64,000 nt of DNA from Paragordius varius. Its lineage: Eukaryota; Animalia; Nematomorpha. Every line of letters begins with the position of its first letter. The first letter of the stretch is position 1. The stretch is taken from assembly GCA_964247055.1 (NCBI GenBank), contig OZ176052.1, forward strand, positions 10,416,001 to 10,480,000, read 5' to 3'. The notes beneath the pieces were generated by a model, which did not search any database, had not been told where the DNA came from, and saw only the letters and a list, made by a program, of their open reading frames with translations. Position numbers and translations under genes: made by a program. Positions 12,617 through 24,969 of this stretch are shown here, one piece after another.

Positions 12617-15600
12617 TTATGTATTAACTACATGCCGAATCCATCCCTTATGCCTACGAATATTAATGAATAAACTCGATCCCCCGGTTTTACAATTCGT
12701 TTTTGTCCTGTAGAACATTCCTATTAGGTGCTGTTTAACTAAACGAATATGAACATAATTGATTATGATAATAAATTTTTCGATGTTGAGCTAAAAAATT
12801 TATATCATATTGTGTTATCATGACAAATATGGATAGTCGAAGTTTTACATTTGACAATATGATAAATGATATTTAGTGAATCTCCTTTTTTATTTTATGA
12901 TTAATATGTACCTCCGACACGAGCTAACAATGGTGAGCCCAGCTCATTTTCACAGGGAAAACTTTGTAAGTATCTCGAGTCCTCTGGAATACCTTGAGCA
13001 CATATAACTTCTCTTTCTGGGTCATTGTTGTTATCATTAATGTTATCTAATTCAGGGCAATTTGTGGAATTTAACAGCTCAAAAGTTGCAACATGTGGGA
13101 CAGAAGCCATTCGTCCATTATCTGTATAAAATATATTTGTTTTAGTGGTGATTTAAATGTGGAAAAACTTTTTTTATTTTATGAAATACCCGAAATTTGA
13201 ATTGTTTTGTTAAAAAGTTTATTTTATGTATTTCTCTGAGAATCTGATGATATAGGTATGACATATATTTCTTGTATAAATCGATATCCGCCTTAAAATA
13301 TAAATAATAGTCATGGATTGTTTTGATAAAATATTGATTAATAGTAACCGTTATAGGGGTCACAAATAATGTTTGGATATAAATTTAATGTTAATATTAT
13401 TTACTAATATTTCCCCAACTCGCATACAATACAGAAAGGCCTGGAGTTAAAAACACGCCATCATCACCGAAACAAACCGGCTGTACTACCGAAGTGTATT
13501 CCATTTCATTCAAGTTGTAAGGATAAGTATATTGATTATTGAGAGGATGATCAGGTTCTCCTCCAATTTTTAACATTTGCAATTTCATATTATCGTATCT
13601 TGACACTATATTTCATCAAATTATACAATTAAAGGAGATAAATTTTAAAGTTCATTTGATTATATTAAATCAGATGATTATTATAGGACCTAGATCCTAT
13701 AGTTTACATTTTTGTTCGAAAAAATTTATTTTTGGCTCATTATGCTGGTTGCATGAAGCCCAAGACTGCTATTTTTGCGGGAAGGAGTACTAAATTTTAA
13801 AGAATTATAATGATAAAATTAATGCCCTTAATATGCTACACTTCTTTTTAAATTCTGCCTGCGCAACATACAATCGCTTTCAGAGTGAATTCGAACGGTT
13901 GTAAATGAAAATTTTTTTAGCCATTTCTAAAAATAATCAGTCTTTTTTTCAACATGTAAACGGTATAAGCAGTAAGTTCGGTATGTTTTTAACGGTTTGA
14001 AACCACCCCTTTAATTCACTACCGTCGAATTTACAGTTTTTGCCAAATTATCACATTTGATTATTTTATAATTATAATTATCCCAATAGCAGATTAATGT
14101 TTGATATAGTTATTTTATTAGTATATTATTTATTTTAACCTTGTGGATTAGTTACTGCTCTATTAATGGCATATATCCTTTCATCAATATCATAAAAGAA
14201 TGATAAGTAATCTCCCGTTTTGATGTAGTAGTCGCGTAAAGGATATTGCGATGTACAATCAGCCAACGTTAAAATCCACTTTTTGTTAATTATGATTCCG
14301 GTACACACAGGATCTTTCCGATTTTTTAGCATTATTTTCGCAATCCTGTGACACATAATTTAAACATTATTATATGATAATTTAATATATAAATTAGAGA
14401 GATTTTATAATCTAGATGCTACCAACTTATATAATTGTACAAGTATATAATATAGAGTACATGAAATTGGGAATATAAATATACTTATATATATTTATCT
14501 GATAATTAGATGTATATTATAATTGATTTAAAGAGTTTTTACAATTATGCCTATAATTAAAGTAAATTAACCTTTTAATCAAAATTCGGAGGAGTTTTCA
14601 TTATCGAATTATACAAAATAGATTCATTATAGTTTAAAACAGTTTTATACCGTTTCCCTTATGCTTTGAATACTATAAAATTTGCTTCACCAACGTTTTG
14701 CCATAAATTAAATTTTTAAGCAAAATATCCATTTTTTGGAATTTCAAAAATGTCAAAAATTAGGACATATTTAAATTTTTTATTGCGTTATATCGGCATT
14801 TTTGTTTTTAGTTTAAGATAACTAGCCAATTTTCTAGTGGCAAAAATTTGCAATCTTCGGAACTTAAGTCGAATTTGTGTTTAATATTAATATTGTTCTG
14901 CTTTTAATGTAGTTCATGATTTTTGGGAAGGAAAATAGTTTTATCAAAAAAAAATTTTAATTGACAGAATATGCCATATTGTGATTTTCGTTATCGAGCA
15001 ATTGACACAAGATTGCAAATAACATTCTTTTATCATTTGTCAATCCTAAAGACTATGCCTGATATGTTTTTTATCAGAATATATATATTTTATAAGGATG
15101 CTCTCTCTCCCTCAGATTTTGTGCGTAGTTCTATATTTCATACATGGATTTTTTAATGTTCGTTTTACTTTATGTTATAGCCATCCGATAGTCCTGATCA
15201 ACGCATTTTCGTTGTTGCTTTCTGTTATAAGTAGGGTTGTGCATTTGACTGTTTTTTCAAAAAAGTCCGGTCAGACCCAGTCAGATCATGGTCATGACCA
15301 CTTTTTACTTAAGTTAGTATCCGATATTAAATTGTCAAAATAATGTTCGAATTACACTTGCGTTTCACTAATAATGTCATGTTTTTTCTGGAAAGTTTGC
15401 ATACATTTTTTTGATAATTATTATTTACAAATATCTTCAATCGAATTTAATCAAGAAATTGTGTTCAAAAATTTTGCCACATGTTTAGAGCCTTCTGAAT
15501 CTTCAATACGTAGCTTTTAACACTGGATATTTCAAATAAAATTTTACCTAGTATGTTTTACACTTTCTTTCATCATTAAAATATCCAATTATATTATGTT

Positions 15601-18600
15601 TTATTGGTTCATATATATGGAATAATTGCATTTGCAAAGTGCTTGATTGTTTTGTTTTTAGAAATAACTGGATATGCTTAAATGCTTATGTTATAAGGAG
15701 TCATGTTTAAAAAATTTTAATATATTGTTAAATAAGCATATATAAATATTTAATTTTTATTTTGTTAAAAAATTTATTAAAAACCAATAAAATCTTATTA
15801 TCTCTCTTCCAAAAAAAATTTCTAGCATTTTTTCAAAAAACAGGTGTTTGTTTCAATGACCACGGTCAAAAAATAAATAGTCACTGCCCTGGTCATGACC
15901 CGGTCACCGGGTCATGACTTGGTCACAACCCTAGTTATGAGTTTAATCAACTTTTTTTATATCACTTACCTATTCTTTTCTAAAGCTATATAAAAAAATA
16001 CAAAACAAACCCTATTAATCACCTTTTATTAAATTAATTTAGTTATATTGATCTGATAGAATTATAATCTATCATTTATCTTAATATCAGAAAACTGGTA
16101 TAATTTAGCGATAATTTTAAAAATTTGAAAAATTGCGAACGGAAATCAATTATATATTAACATTAAATTAAAAACTAAACCTCGGTTCATTATAAATTTA
16201 AATTAAATAAATTAACAAGAATAAAAAAATTTTTATGCTTCTAAATTGATCCATTAATACAATATTATATACCAGGGTACAGGGTATCTTGTAGCTACTC
16301 CATTTATCAGTCGAGCTTGTTTTATATTAGTTACACCATAATCATAGATGTCGACTGAAGGGGATATACCGCATTCAGGGGTTCCTTTATGCATTTTTAA
16401 ACAAATTTATTTAATAGAGTGAAAATAGTTGTTGTGATAAATTAATTATCTAATCATAACTTTAACTCTAAATTTCCGATTAGAACCAATCGTTAATTTA
16501 TTTACAATTTTAAAATTTAAGTTGATTATAATATTACTAATTGTTGCGAAAAATGATTAATTTCAAGTATAATATAATATTTTAATTATACAATTGGAAA
16601 AACTTGTTTCCACCTGAACTCTCCAGTCATAACTATTTACATAAATTAAATTAATTTATGTGAGTAAAAAATGTTTCCAACAATTAGCTAATTAAAATGT
16701 GTTAATTAATTATTATCTGTCATTTCAAACTATGCTCTCGCTTACATGGCAATATCCAATATTATTTTGGATTTTAAAAGCCCTTAAGCATTCATAAATT
16801 CAATCGTAAAGCGCAATGGATTCTGTCAAACAGTATATACAATAAAAATCTTTTATTTTGGAAACGAAAAATCCAAATTTTAGGACTTAGTATTTGTCTT
16901 AATAATAACATAATACTGCTAATCACAATATTATGTAGTATTATTTTTAAAATTAATCGATCGTTTATTTAAACATTCGCTAAAAACACAATGGAAATCG
17001 GAAACATTAGCGGTATTTATATTTTAGTTAATACTCAATAAATTTATAAAATGTTTGTTTTTTGACTTGCAATATCTCAAGATTAATTACAATGTTTTTT
17101 TATTTATTAATAAAGAATAATGTGTTTTTTAGGAGTGCGAGTGGATATTATAATTAAATAAAAATTTCCGATATACTTAACCCTTAATTCGCCGCGTTTC
17201 ATTATTTTTTAAAATTATCGATGGTTTATGAGTAAATTAATGGTCAAAAATTACATTGAAATATTTTTCGCAGCCTATGTGATCACACGATTCGAATATT
17301 TCATTGTTCCAAAGTTTATTAACCTTTTTCGACAAAAACATGTAAAAAATATTTTTGAATTTGTTTTACGTATAACCACCGCATTTTAAATTAGTAATTT
17401 TGATCTAGGCTCCATTAAAATAATGGTTTATTTTATTTTTACCACACATTAAAATATCTTAGCATTGTATTTCAAATTTGTAACATATTTAAAAAGGTTA
17501 TATTGATGCTTTTTAGCTTTTTTAGATAAATTTTCTTCAATAAAAAACAATAAATACAAACTGGAATCACAATATCTTCCATAAAACCCTGATCGGCATT
17601 GGCAATATCCATAACTGTCACAATTTCCTGTGGATTGGGTGTTATTACGACACGGACAATCTGATAAATTATTTAGTATAAGTATGTTAAATTATATGCT
17701 CTAAATGAGTTTGCCACAACAATATTTAGAATCCGAGATGAGGGCAATTACAATAACACCAAACTAATTTTTTGAAAAAATTCCATATTTGATATAAGTG
17801 TGCATGTTGGCCGAATGTCAGGGCTAATTGCTATATGGGGTAGAAAAATATCCAAAAAGGTAAATATTTTAAAACGCACATAGAGGGTATGTAACACATA
17901 AATAATTTATATATTTTGATATTAACGAAACTCACAAATTACATATAATAAATTAAAGAAAGATAAAATATGAAACATTCTTAAATACAAAAATATCAGG
18001 GCTTCAAGCTGGTTCGAAAAAAAGGAAACCAGAACGGGTTTGGTTACTAGACGATTAAAACCAAACCGATCTGGGATTGAACTCAGCAAGTGGAACCGGA
18101 ATCGGGTTGGCTTCTTTACAAGCTACGTTTGGGAACGGTTTTATTTTGGTTCATGACTTAACATTAAAAGATTTTGATAAAACATTTTATTATTAATCAA
18201 ACCAAAATACAACGTAAATTAAAACATATTATATCAGAAGTAGGTAATAAGTATATTTGTATAACTATCGCATATATGGAGCTTTAAAAATGATTTTACG
18301 AATAATTAGGTCGTCCGACTTCTTCTCAAATCTGAAATATAAAATTCAGCGAGGGAAAGTGGTTTTCTAAGTGTAGAGCTGTAATATATACCGCTAATGT
18401 AACATTACATGACAAATCTAATATTTTTAGATGTGTGGCCAAAAGAATTTTGGTGGCTAATGCAGCTTGTGGGCTGCGGATTACCACTAATATATAAAGT
18501 GACTCATTTTTTTCCGTTATGGATAATTTATTATGGACGCTATAGTTTATGGTATTGTGAGATTTTTAAGGTAGGTATTCTTTATCTATAGACATTGTGT

Positions 18601-21600
18601 CCACACCTGATGAAATGTATATTTCAAAAAATGTATCAGGATTATCATGATGCTCTTGCTTGTTGCCCTAACGAGTGATTTAAAAAGTAATTTATTTTGT
18701 GGGGGCTCCATATCAGAAAATGGCACAATTTGCGCACATTTTTAAATAAATTTTTTTTGGTAAAAGCTAAAGACTTTCTTTAAAATATTTTCAAAATTTT
18801 TTAATTTTTAGTTATATGGGCATTGAAAGTCCCAAATGTCGCACTTTTAAAATGTGCTAGCACTCGAAAAATAAACAATGCCGGGATTAATAAAAAATTT
18901 AAATTGCAAAATTTTTATATAAGCTAATATTTTTTAAAAATGCATAATTTTTCAAAAATGTAATTTTAAGCAAGATTTTGTTGAAGCGTACTTCATACTA
19001 TTTTGAGTTATGATGGAAACGGTTAAAAACACTTTATCCTACTATAAAAAAATATTTCTTATAATTCGATAATGTTAAACATTTCTATCAGTTTTATAAA
19101 TATTCGTTCGTCTCCAAATTCTGTTAATTGAATATTGTGTTTTGTTACATAAACTCACCAAAATATTTAGGCAAACGAATCTTAAAATTAAAATTTGAGG
19201 CGATAGAAATGTTCAGCACCATCGAATCATATAGAAAATTTTATAATATTATAAAGCGTTTGAAACTTCATCATAACTCAAAATATGAAGTACGCTTCAA
19301 CAAAATTTTGTAAAAAATTAAATTTTTGAATAATCATGCATTTTTAAAAAAGTATTTTTAGCGTATTTCAAAATTTAGCATATATATAAAAAATTCGCGC
19401 AATCCCAGCATTTTTGCGTTTAATTTTAGAGGATTGGCCTATTTTGCAAGAGCTAAAAAATTTAGAACTTTCGGATCCCACATCTAAAAATAATAATTTT
19501 AAAAATATTGTTTTGCTTTTTATATGTAGTTTATAATATATTTTAGTGATATTTTTTGGTAAGATACCTCCAGTTTTCCCCAAAAAAATTTTATTTAAAA
19601 AATATGCGCAAATTTTGCTTGCTGATATAAAGCATTTACCCCAAAAGTGTAAATAGCTTTTTTGAAGCACTCGTAAGGGCTTAATCCAAAAGCACCCTGG
19701 ATACATTTCCTATATTTATATATATTTCATCGGGTTTTTTTACCCCAGATGGATGCCGTGTAGATTAAAATAATCTACGTAAATAATCATGTCTATGGTT
19801 TTCTTCAAGTGTTGAAGGTTAGATATTCAGAATACTTACATGCTACAAAAAGATGTTGTTATGTGATCAATTCTTTTAAAAATAATTAACAACAAATTTC
19901 AAAAGCATAATGGTCATTCCATTATGATAGGAAACTTGAGAAAAATCTTATTGTACAATGCACATTAAATTATAATCAAAACAATAAAATTTAAAATATA
20001 ACCATATGGGAACCACTTATTTTGGAGGTAGAACCTAAACCGAACTGTTTCCTGGACGGCTGAAACCGAATTGAAACGAGGAAGTGGAAACCTTGTTGGT
20101 TCCAACCCAACTGAACGGGTTTTTGCTGAAACCTCAAAAAACGGGTTTCGGTTCGTCCTGTAATATCAAATTAAATATGGACTGGGTTAGTTACCCCAAT
20201 TCGAATCTAAGTGTTAGATGAAATCATTTCAGAGAAATATTTGAGTAATTATTGAGCTAAATTAAATCAAAAAAGGTGAATAATATGTCATAGCACACTC
20301 AAATACATTTAAATTCTATATGTATAGTACCGTCACGACATTTCTTTCCTCTTAATTTCGAGTCGCACATACAATAACCGAGTACATCACATATTGAGTC
20401 AGGATTATAACAGTCGCAATCTAAAGGAAAATTGTGAAAAGAAGTGTTATATTTTATTATTTAAAACATTCGTTAGTTTACACATAAAACAAATTTTTAA
20501 GTAAGATATTTATACCATATTTGCAGCCAATCCCATATTTTCTATGTGGGCACGGACAATAACCGTTTGCATCACACGAATGCAGGTTACCATTAGAGTC
20601 TTGTTTGCAATCACAAGCTAATATATTCTTAATATTAGTCGTATTCATATTAACTCTAAATATCTTAAAGGTAAGATCTATTTAAGAGAGTATTGTTTTA
20701 AAGCTGATCGAATAAAATTATATAATTGAAATCGTTAATAATGATTTATGTAATAATTGTTAATATTACTTAGCGGCAATAGTCTATATTTAAACTTTTT
20801 AATTTTATTTTTGGACATTGTTCATTTACTTTTAAATGCTTTTTTAACATAATTATTAAAACAATTAAAACACCCCTCAGTTACTTTACCTTTTCTGCAT
20901 TGTTTGCCATAGTAAATAGTTTTACATTGACAATATCCATAGGCGTCACATGATTTAGACAAACTTCCACATGGCTCACAACTACAACCTAGAACATACA
21001 AAACACGATTATTTTTTTGGAGACATCATCCATTTTTTAGATATTATATAATTTAGTCGAAACTTCATCTAAAATCTTTCATGCCTAAGTATCATATTTG
21101 TTTGTTGGATTCTAACCTTTTTAAGGGCGTGAATACGCTGGCCTCCGAAACTTTTGTGCGGCCCGCAAATTTGAAGATGCTCACAAAATATAACACTTTT
21201 CTGAAAAAGTCTAATTAAACTGCGTCCACGAATAAATGGATATTAAATTTAATATATAGCAAAATTTTGGTGAAACTATTTATATGGTATTAGAAGGATG
21301 GAAGAAACGGTATAAATTTTTTTTATTAAAACTCTTTTTTTATTTACTTTGATGATGTTTCTTGGATTTTAATATTGCGGTTCATTTGCTTTTAAATTTG
21401 GGTTTTTTGTAAAATTAACAAAATATTTAAGGCGAACGAATATGTTAATCAAAATTCTAAGGTGATAAAAATGTTCCTCATCGAATTATAGAAAAACTGT
21501 TTTGATAATATATTAAAGCGTTTTTTATTGTTGTCATCTTACTTCGAAAATTTTTATTAGATTTTTTTAGCAAAATATCTACTTTTTGTCAAGCGAAAAT

Positions 21601-24111
21601 TTGTCATATATTTAAAAGTTTTAACGTGCAATTATGACATTTTTGTGTTTATTTAAGTAAAGAGCCATTTTAAAAGGGTGAAAACTATGTTTTCGGTGTC
21701 CACGCCTTTTATTTGTAGTTAATGGTATTTTAGGGGTATTTTTGGAATGAAGCATTTAGCTTTCATCAAAAAATTTTATTAAAAAAATTATGCGCAATTT
21801 TTACCATTTTCTGATATGAAGCACTTAACACAAAATTAATCTTTCTTATATCACTCGTAAAGGCCTAAGCCAAAAGCACCATTACCTTCTCAATTATTAA
21901 ATATTCATAAATCAGGATAATTTATTGTGGAAAGTGTTTTGAACTAAAAAATGATATGTTGTTTGCAATTTACATTCTTACAATGGAATGTTTAAAAAGC
22001 CCGCCATTTTTTTAAATCAAAAATGGCCCGGTAGCCATACATGGACAGCCGTGGTTTAAAATAACTACGATTCTTTCACGATGAAGTTTTTATAGTGTTA
22101 AATATAATACCCGCAAATTAAAACAATGCAAAAAAAACATATTATATATATACCGCTTTATAATTAGTTTTCGAATCATATCTAAGGTAATATATTAAAA
22201 GTGTAGCTATTTTTTGGAGCAAATATACGGTTCAAATAAATCTTAACCAAAAAGCTTTGATACTTTCCTATAGTTCATAAAACTATTAATTACGTACTTT
22301 TATTGCAATGTTTGCCAGTAAAGCCTTCGGCACATTGGCAATAACCATTTATATCGCAATTTTGATTTTGGCTTTGAGTTTTATGGCATTCACATGCTAA
22401 ATTATACGATATAGGCTTAAGGTTTTTGCTAAATTTCATAGTCATATAAAACTTATCCCATATTGCTATATATTTAAATTTATATGAAAACGACCTCTAT
22501 GCACCATCTTTCAAGCTAAGATATTTTTATGCTAATTACGTTTTTTAAGGAATGGATTACATCTACGGTTCTTGGTACTATTTTTATAGACACATGCCAT
22601 ATTAAACAATAATTTATTCCTCTTAATGTAATAATAAATGGCTGTTTTGAAAATATTTAATTAAAAAAACAATATCGTATTAGATTAATTGAACAGGCTT
22701 CATGTTAAATCAACCTTTAAAATTTATTTCTACTTTAAATTATACAATATAGAGTGGTATTCAATGGTAATTTTTTTCATATGTCAATGTTTTTAAAGAA
22801 AATTGGGTGTATAACGTAAAATTGATATTTAGTTTTACTTTGACTACAATCTTTTCCATAATAACCACTTTTGCAATGACAATATCCATCAAAATCACAA
22901 GTACCGTTCAATTGCCCTCGTTGGTCACATGTACAACCTATGTATAAAAGCCAAATATGATAAATTGTATCCTTTGTACTTTTAATAATGTTAAGTATTT
23001 GTTAGATATGCAACAAATTTCACCTCAATTTGGAATGTAAATAATTGATGAAAAAATCTTTTTTGGATTATTTATAAAGTTTGTTAAATAATGGTATATT
23101 ATTTTCTCTAAATCAATATTTTTAACCTCATAATAAATGTAATTATGCCATTTCCAATTTAGATTTGGCCTTCTTCATCTACACGTTTTTTTCAATTGAT
23201 ATTAATATTTGCGTGTTGTCTCACCCAAACTCGCAAAATTTTTCGAAAATTATATTTCATCGCGACACATTAATAAATGGCAACCAAATAATTGGACAAT
23301 TTCATTAACTTTAATAAAACATACTAGGTAACAAAGGTGATATAAATAATGAAATTGATTTGGAAACGGCGGTTGAGTAAAATATAACTTGTTTAGGTTA
23401 ACCTCAATCAATATTGTATGAAAGATTTTTTGGGACCTTACATGTAAACAATAGTCAATTTTATAACTATAATTATCAATAATTTTGGTATTTTGATGGA
23501 TTGCCATGGCTATATTTACTAAGTCGGTAAATAATTTATTATTTTGATATAAAACAATTTTATAAGTAAAAAACCGATCTATTTTTAGTGTCAAAATATA
23601 TGATATCTTTAATAATTTTAATATAGCCAGTGTAATTACGGTTTTAAATACGGCATGAAATATGGATGTTCATAATCATATCTTCAAACTTTAATTCATC
23701 CAAAAATATGGTTAACGCATAGACAATTTTCGAAATTTTTGTATGCCATATTAAAAACTTTGACCTCTTTACATATTTTACACTTTTAGTTATTTTTGTA
23801 AAAAAATTAGAATGTTCATACCTATACTACATCGCCTTCCAACATAATTTGGCCCACATTGACAAAATCCATGAAATATAGAACAAGCCATATCCATTGA
23901 TCCGCTTTGATTACAACTACAGTCTATTTTATTTTGAAAACATATAAAATAAAAAATTCATCAAACTAAAACTAAATTTAAATTGGGAATTTTCTTCTTT
24001 TAAAATAATAAATTTACATACTTTTTTCGCATCGTGAGCCATAGTAACCAGTTTTGCAAAAGCAGGTTCCATTTTCAACTTTTATCATATTATCCAGGAC
24101 GCAGTTGATGG
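12617..24111 (-). CDS. Laminin-EGF-like repeat / trypsin-fold pseudoprotease. Exons (5' to 3'): 24111-24022, 23923-23822, 22937-22839, 22396-22298, 20988-20890, 20617-20516, 17660-17562, 16384-16273, 14345-14140, 13605-13405, 13121-12912, 12738-12617; 5' end not resolved
   Basis: All 12 exons have AG/GT borders and compatible phases. S1A landmarks occur in order: ECG, R-LING activation site, VPW, CTGIIINKKWILTLADC, KLQMLKI, VQPVC, ASWG, VICA, CENELGSPL, HLIGM and terminal GWI. Upstream exons are CxC-x7-9-C-x4-5-CxC-x8-C modules. Confidence 0.85.
15232..15933 (-). mobile_element. hAT-type MITE (702 bp), TAGGGTTGTG TIRs, intronic
   Basis: Ends tagggttgtgc / gtcacaacccta. 8-bp TSD gttataag / gttatgag (7/8). 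ggtcatgac subterminal repeats. Same family as 36069-36743, inverted. Confidence 0.85.
17997..20160 (+). mobile_element. Non-autonomous DNA element with AACCG/CGGTT subterminal repeats (hAT-like); inverted copy at ~43520-44452
   Basis: 17997 cagggcttcaagctggttcg matches the reverse complement at 44432-44452; 19930-20060 matches the reverse complement at 43560-43720. TSD is not convincing. Confidence 0.45.
18635..19712. mobile_element. Long foldback MITE (~450-bp arms); related pieces at 8010-8500, 14670-14960, 21380-21890, 28920-29640, 53140-53480
   Basis: ttttgttgaagcgtacttcata (18976-18997) pairs with tatgaagtacgcttcaacaaaa (19284-19305). The arms extend to aaatgtatcagg... and ...ccctggatacatttcc. 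Confidence 0.65.
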
Positions 24112-24685
24112 CTAAAATAAAAATACATTGTATTTATCGTCAATGTAATGAAATGGGTTAACGTTGATTAGCGTAAATGGTTAAAACAGGATTTTTAGTT
24201 TTTAGAGGTAAAAAAATCGTTTGAAATAAGTCTGGCGTAATTTAAAATTAATAGTTTGTTGATTAGATTTCGATTAAAAATAAGTCATTTTATAAATATT
24301 GATAAAATATAAAAATTATAAGCGAAAAGAAATATTACACACTAAAATTTTAACCCTTGGGTTCCAAAGATTCTCCAAAAAATATTAAAAGGTAATTGTC
24401 AAAAATTTAATTGTTCGACTAAAATAAAAAATATATATCTTAATTTATAAACCATATTTTCCTGGAATCAATTGGACAAATACCCATATATTAAATAGTA
24501 AACAAATCATAATTTATTTTTTAAGAAAGATAAACCAAAGAGCAATAATACCTTTGTTATATACTAACAAATCTAGTTCAGTTAAACTGTTGATGATGCT
24601 AAAATTAGACGCTTTCATTATGTACTTAGTACATTCCCCTTTAATTTAAACAAAACCAATCCAAGGTTAGAAAAATAAGAATATA

Positions 24686-24969
24686 CCATTTACAATTTAA
24701 ATTCACATTTGAAAAATTCAAATTCACCCTCGAACAATTCAAATTGACCCTTGAACAATTCAAATTCACACTAAAAATAAATTATGTGTTTTCGGGCTAA
24801 TATAATTCATTATTAACAAGAAATATATTCTTATAGCATAGTTAATTTTATATTAATTTTAAACGTAATTTCTTTTTTAAAATTATAAATAATTTTTAAT
24901 TTTTAAAAACACATAATTTATTATAGGGTGATTTTGAATTGTTTAAGGGTGAAATTGAACTTTAAATGG
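24686..24969. mobile_element. TA-flanked MITE with CCATTT termini and 21-bp subterminal tandem repeats (aattcaaattcacccttgaac)
   Basis: tata|ccattt ... aaatgg|tata. The repeat unit occurs 3-4 times on the left and in inverted form on the right. Confidence 0.6.

Noticed and set aside
13142-13363. 73-aa minus-strand ORF inside the pseudoprotease gene
   Set aside because: Lies in the intron between phase-matched exons 13405 and 13121; no protease motifs.
23250-23594. 114-aa minus-strand ORF between EGF exons
   Set aside because: No Cys pattern or convincing splice borders, and flanking exons join without it. The plus strand has coding-like fragments (FWYFDGLPWLY) but with stops, and I cannot assign them.
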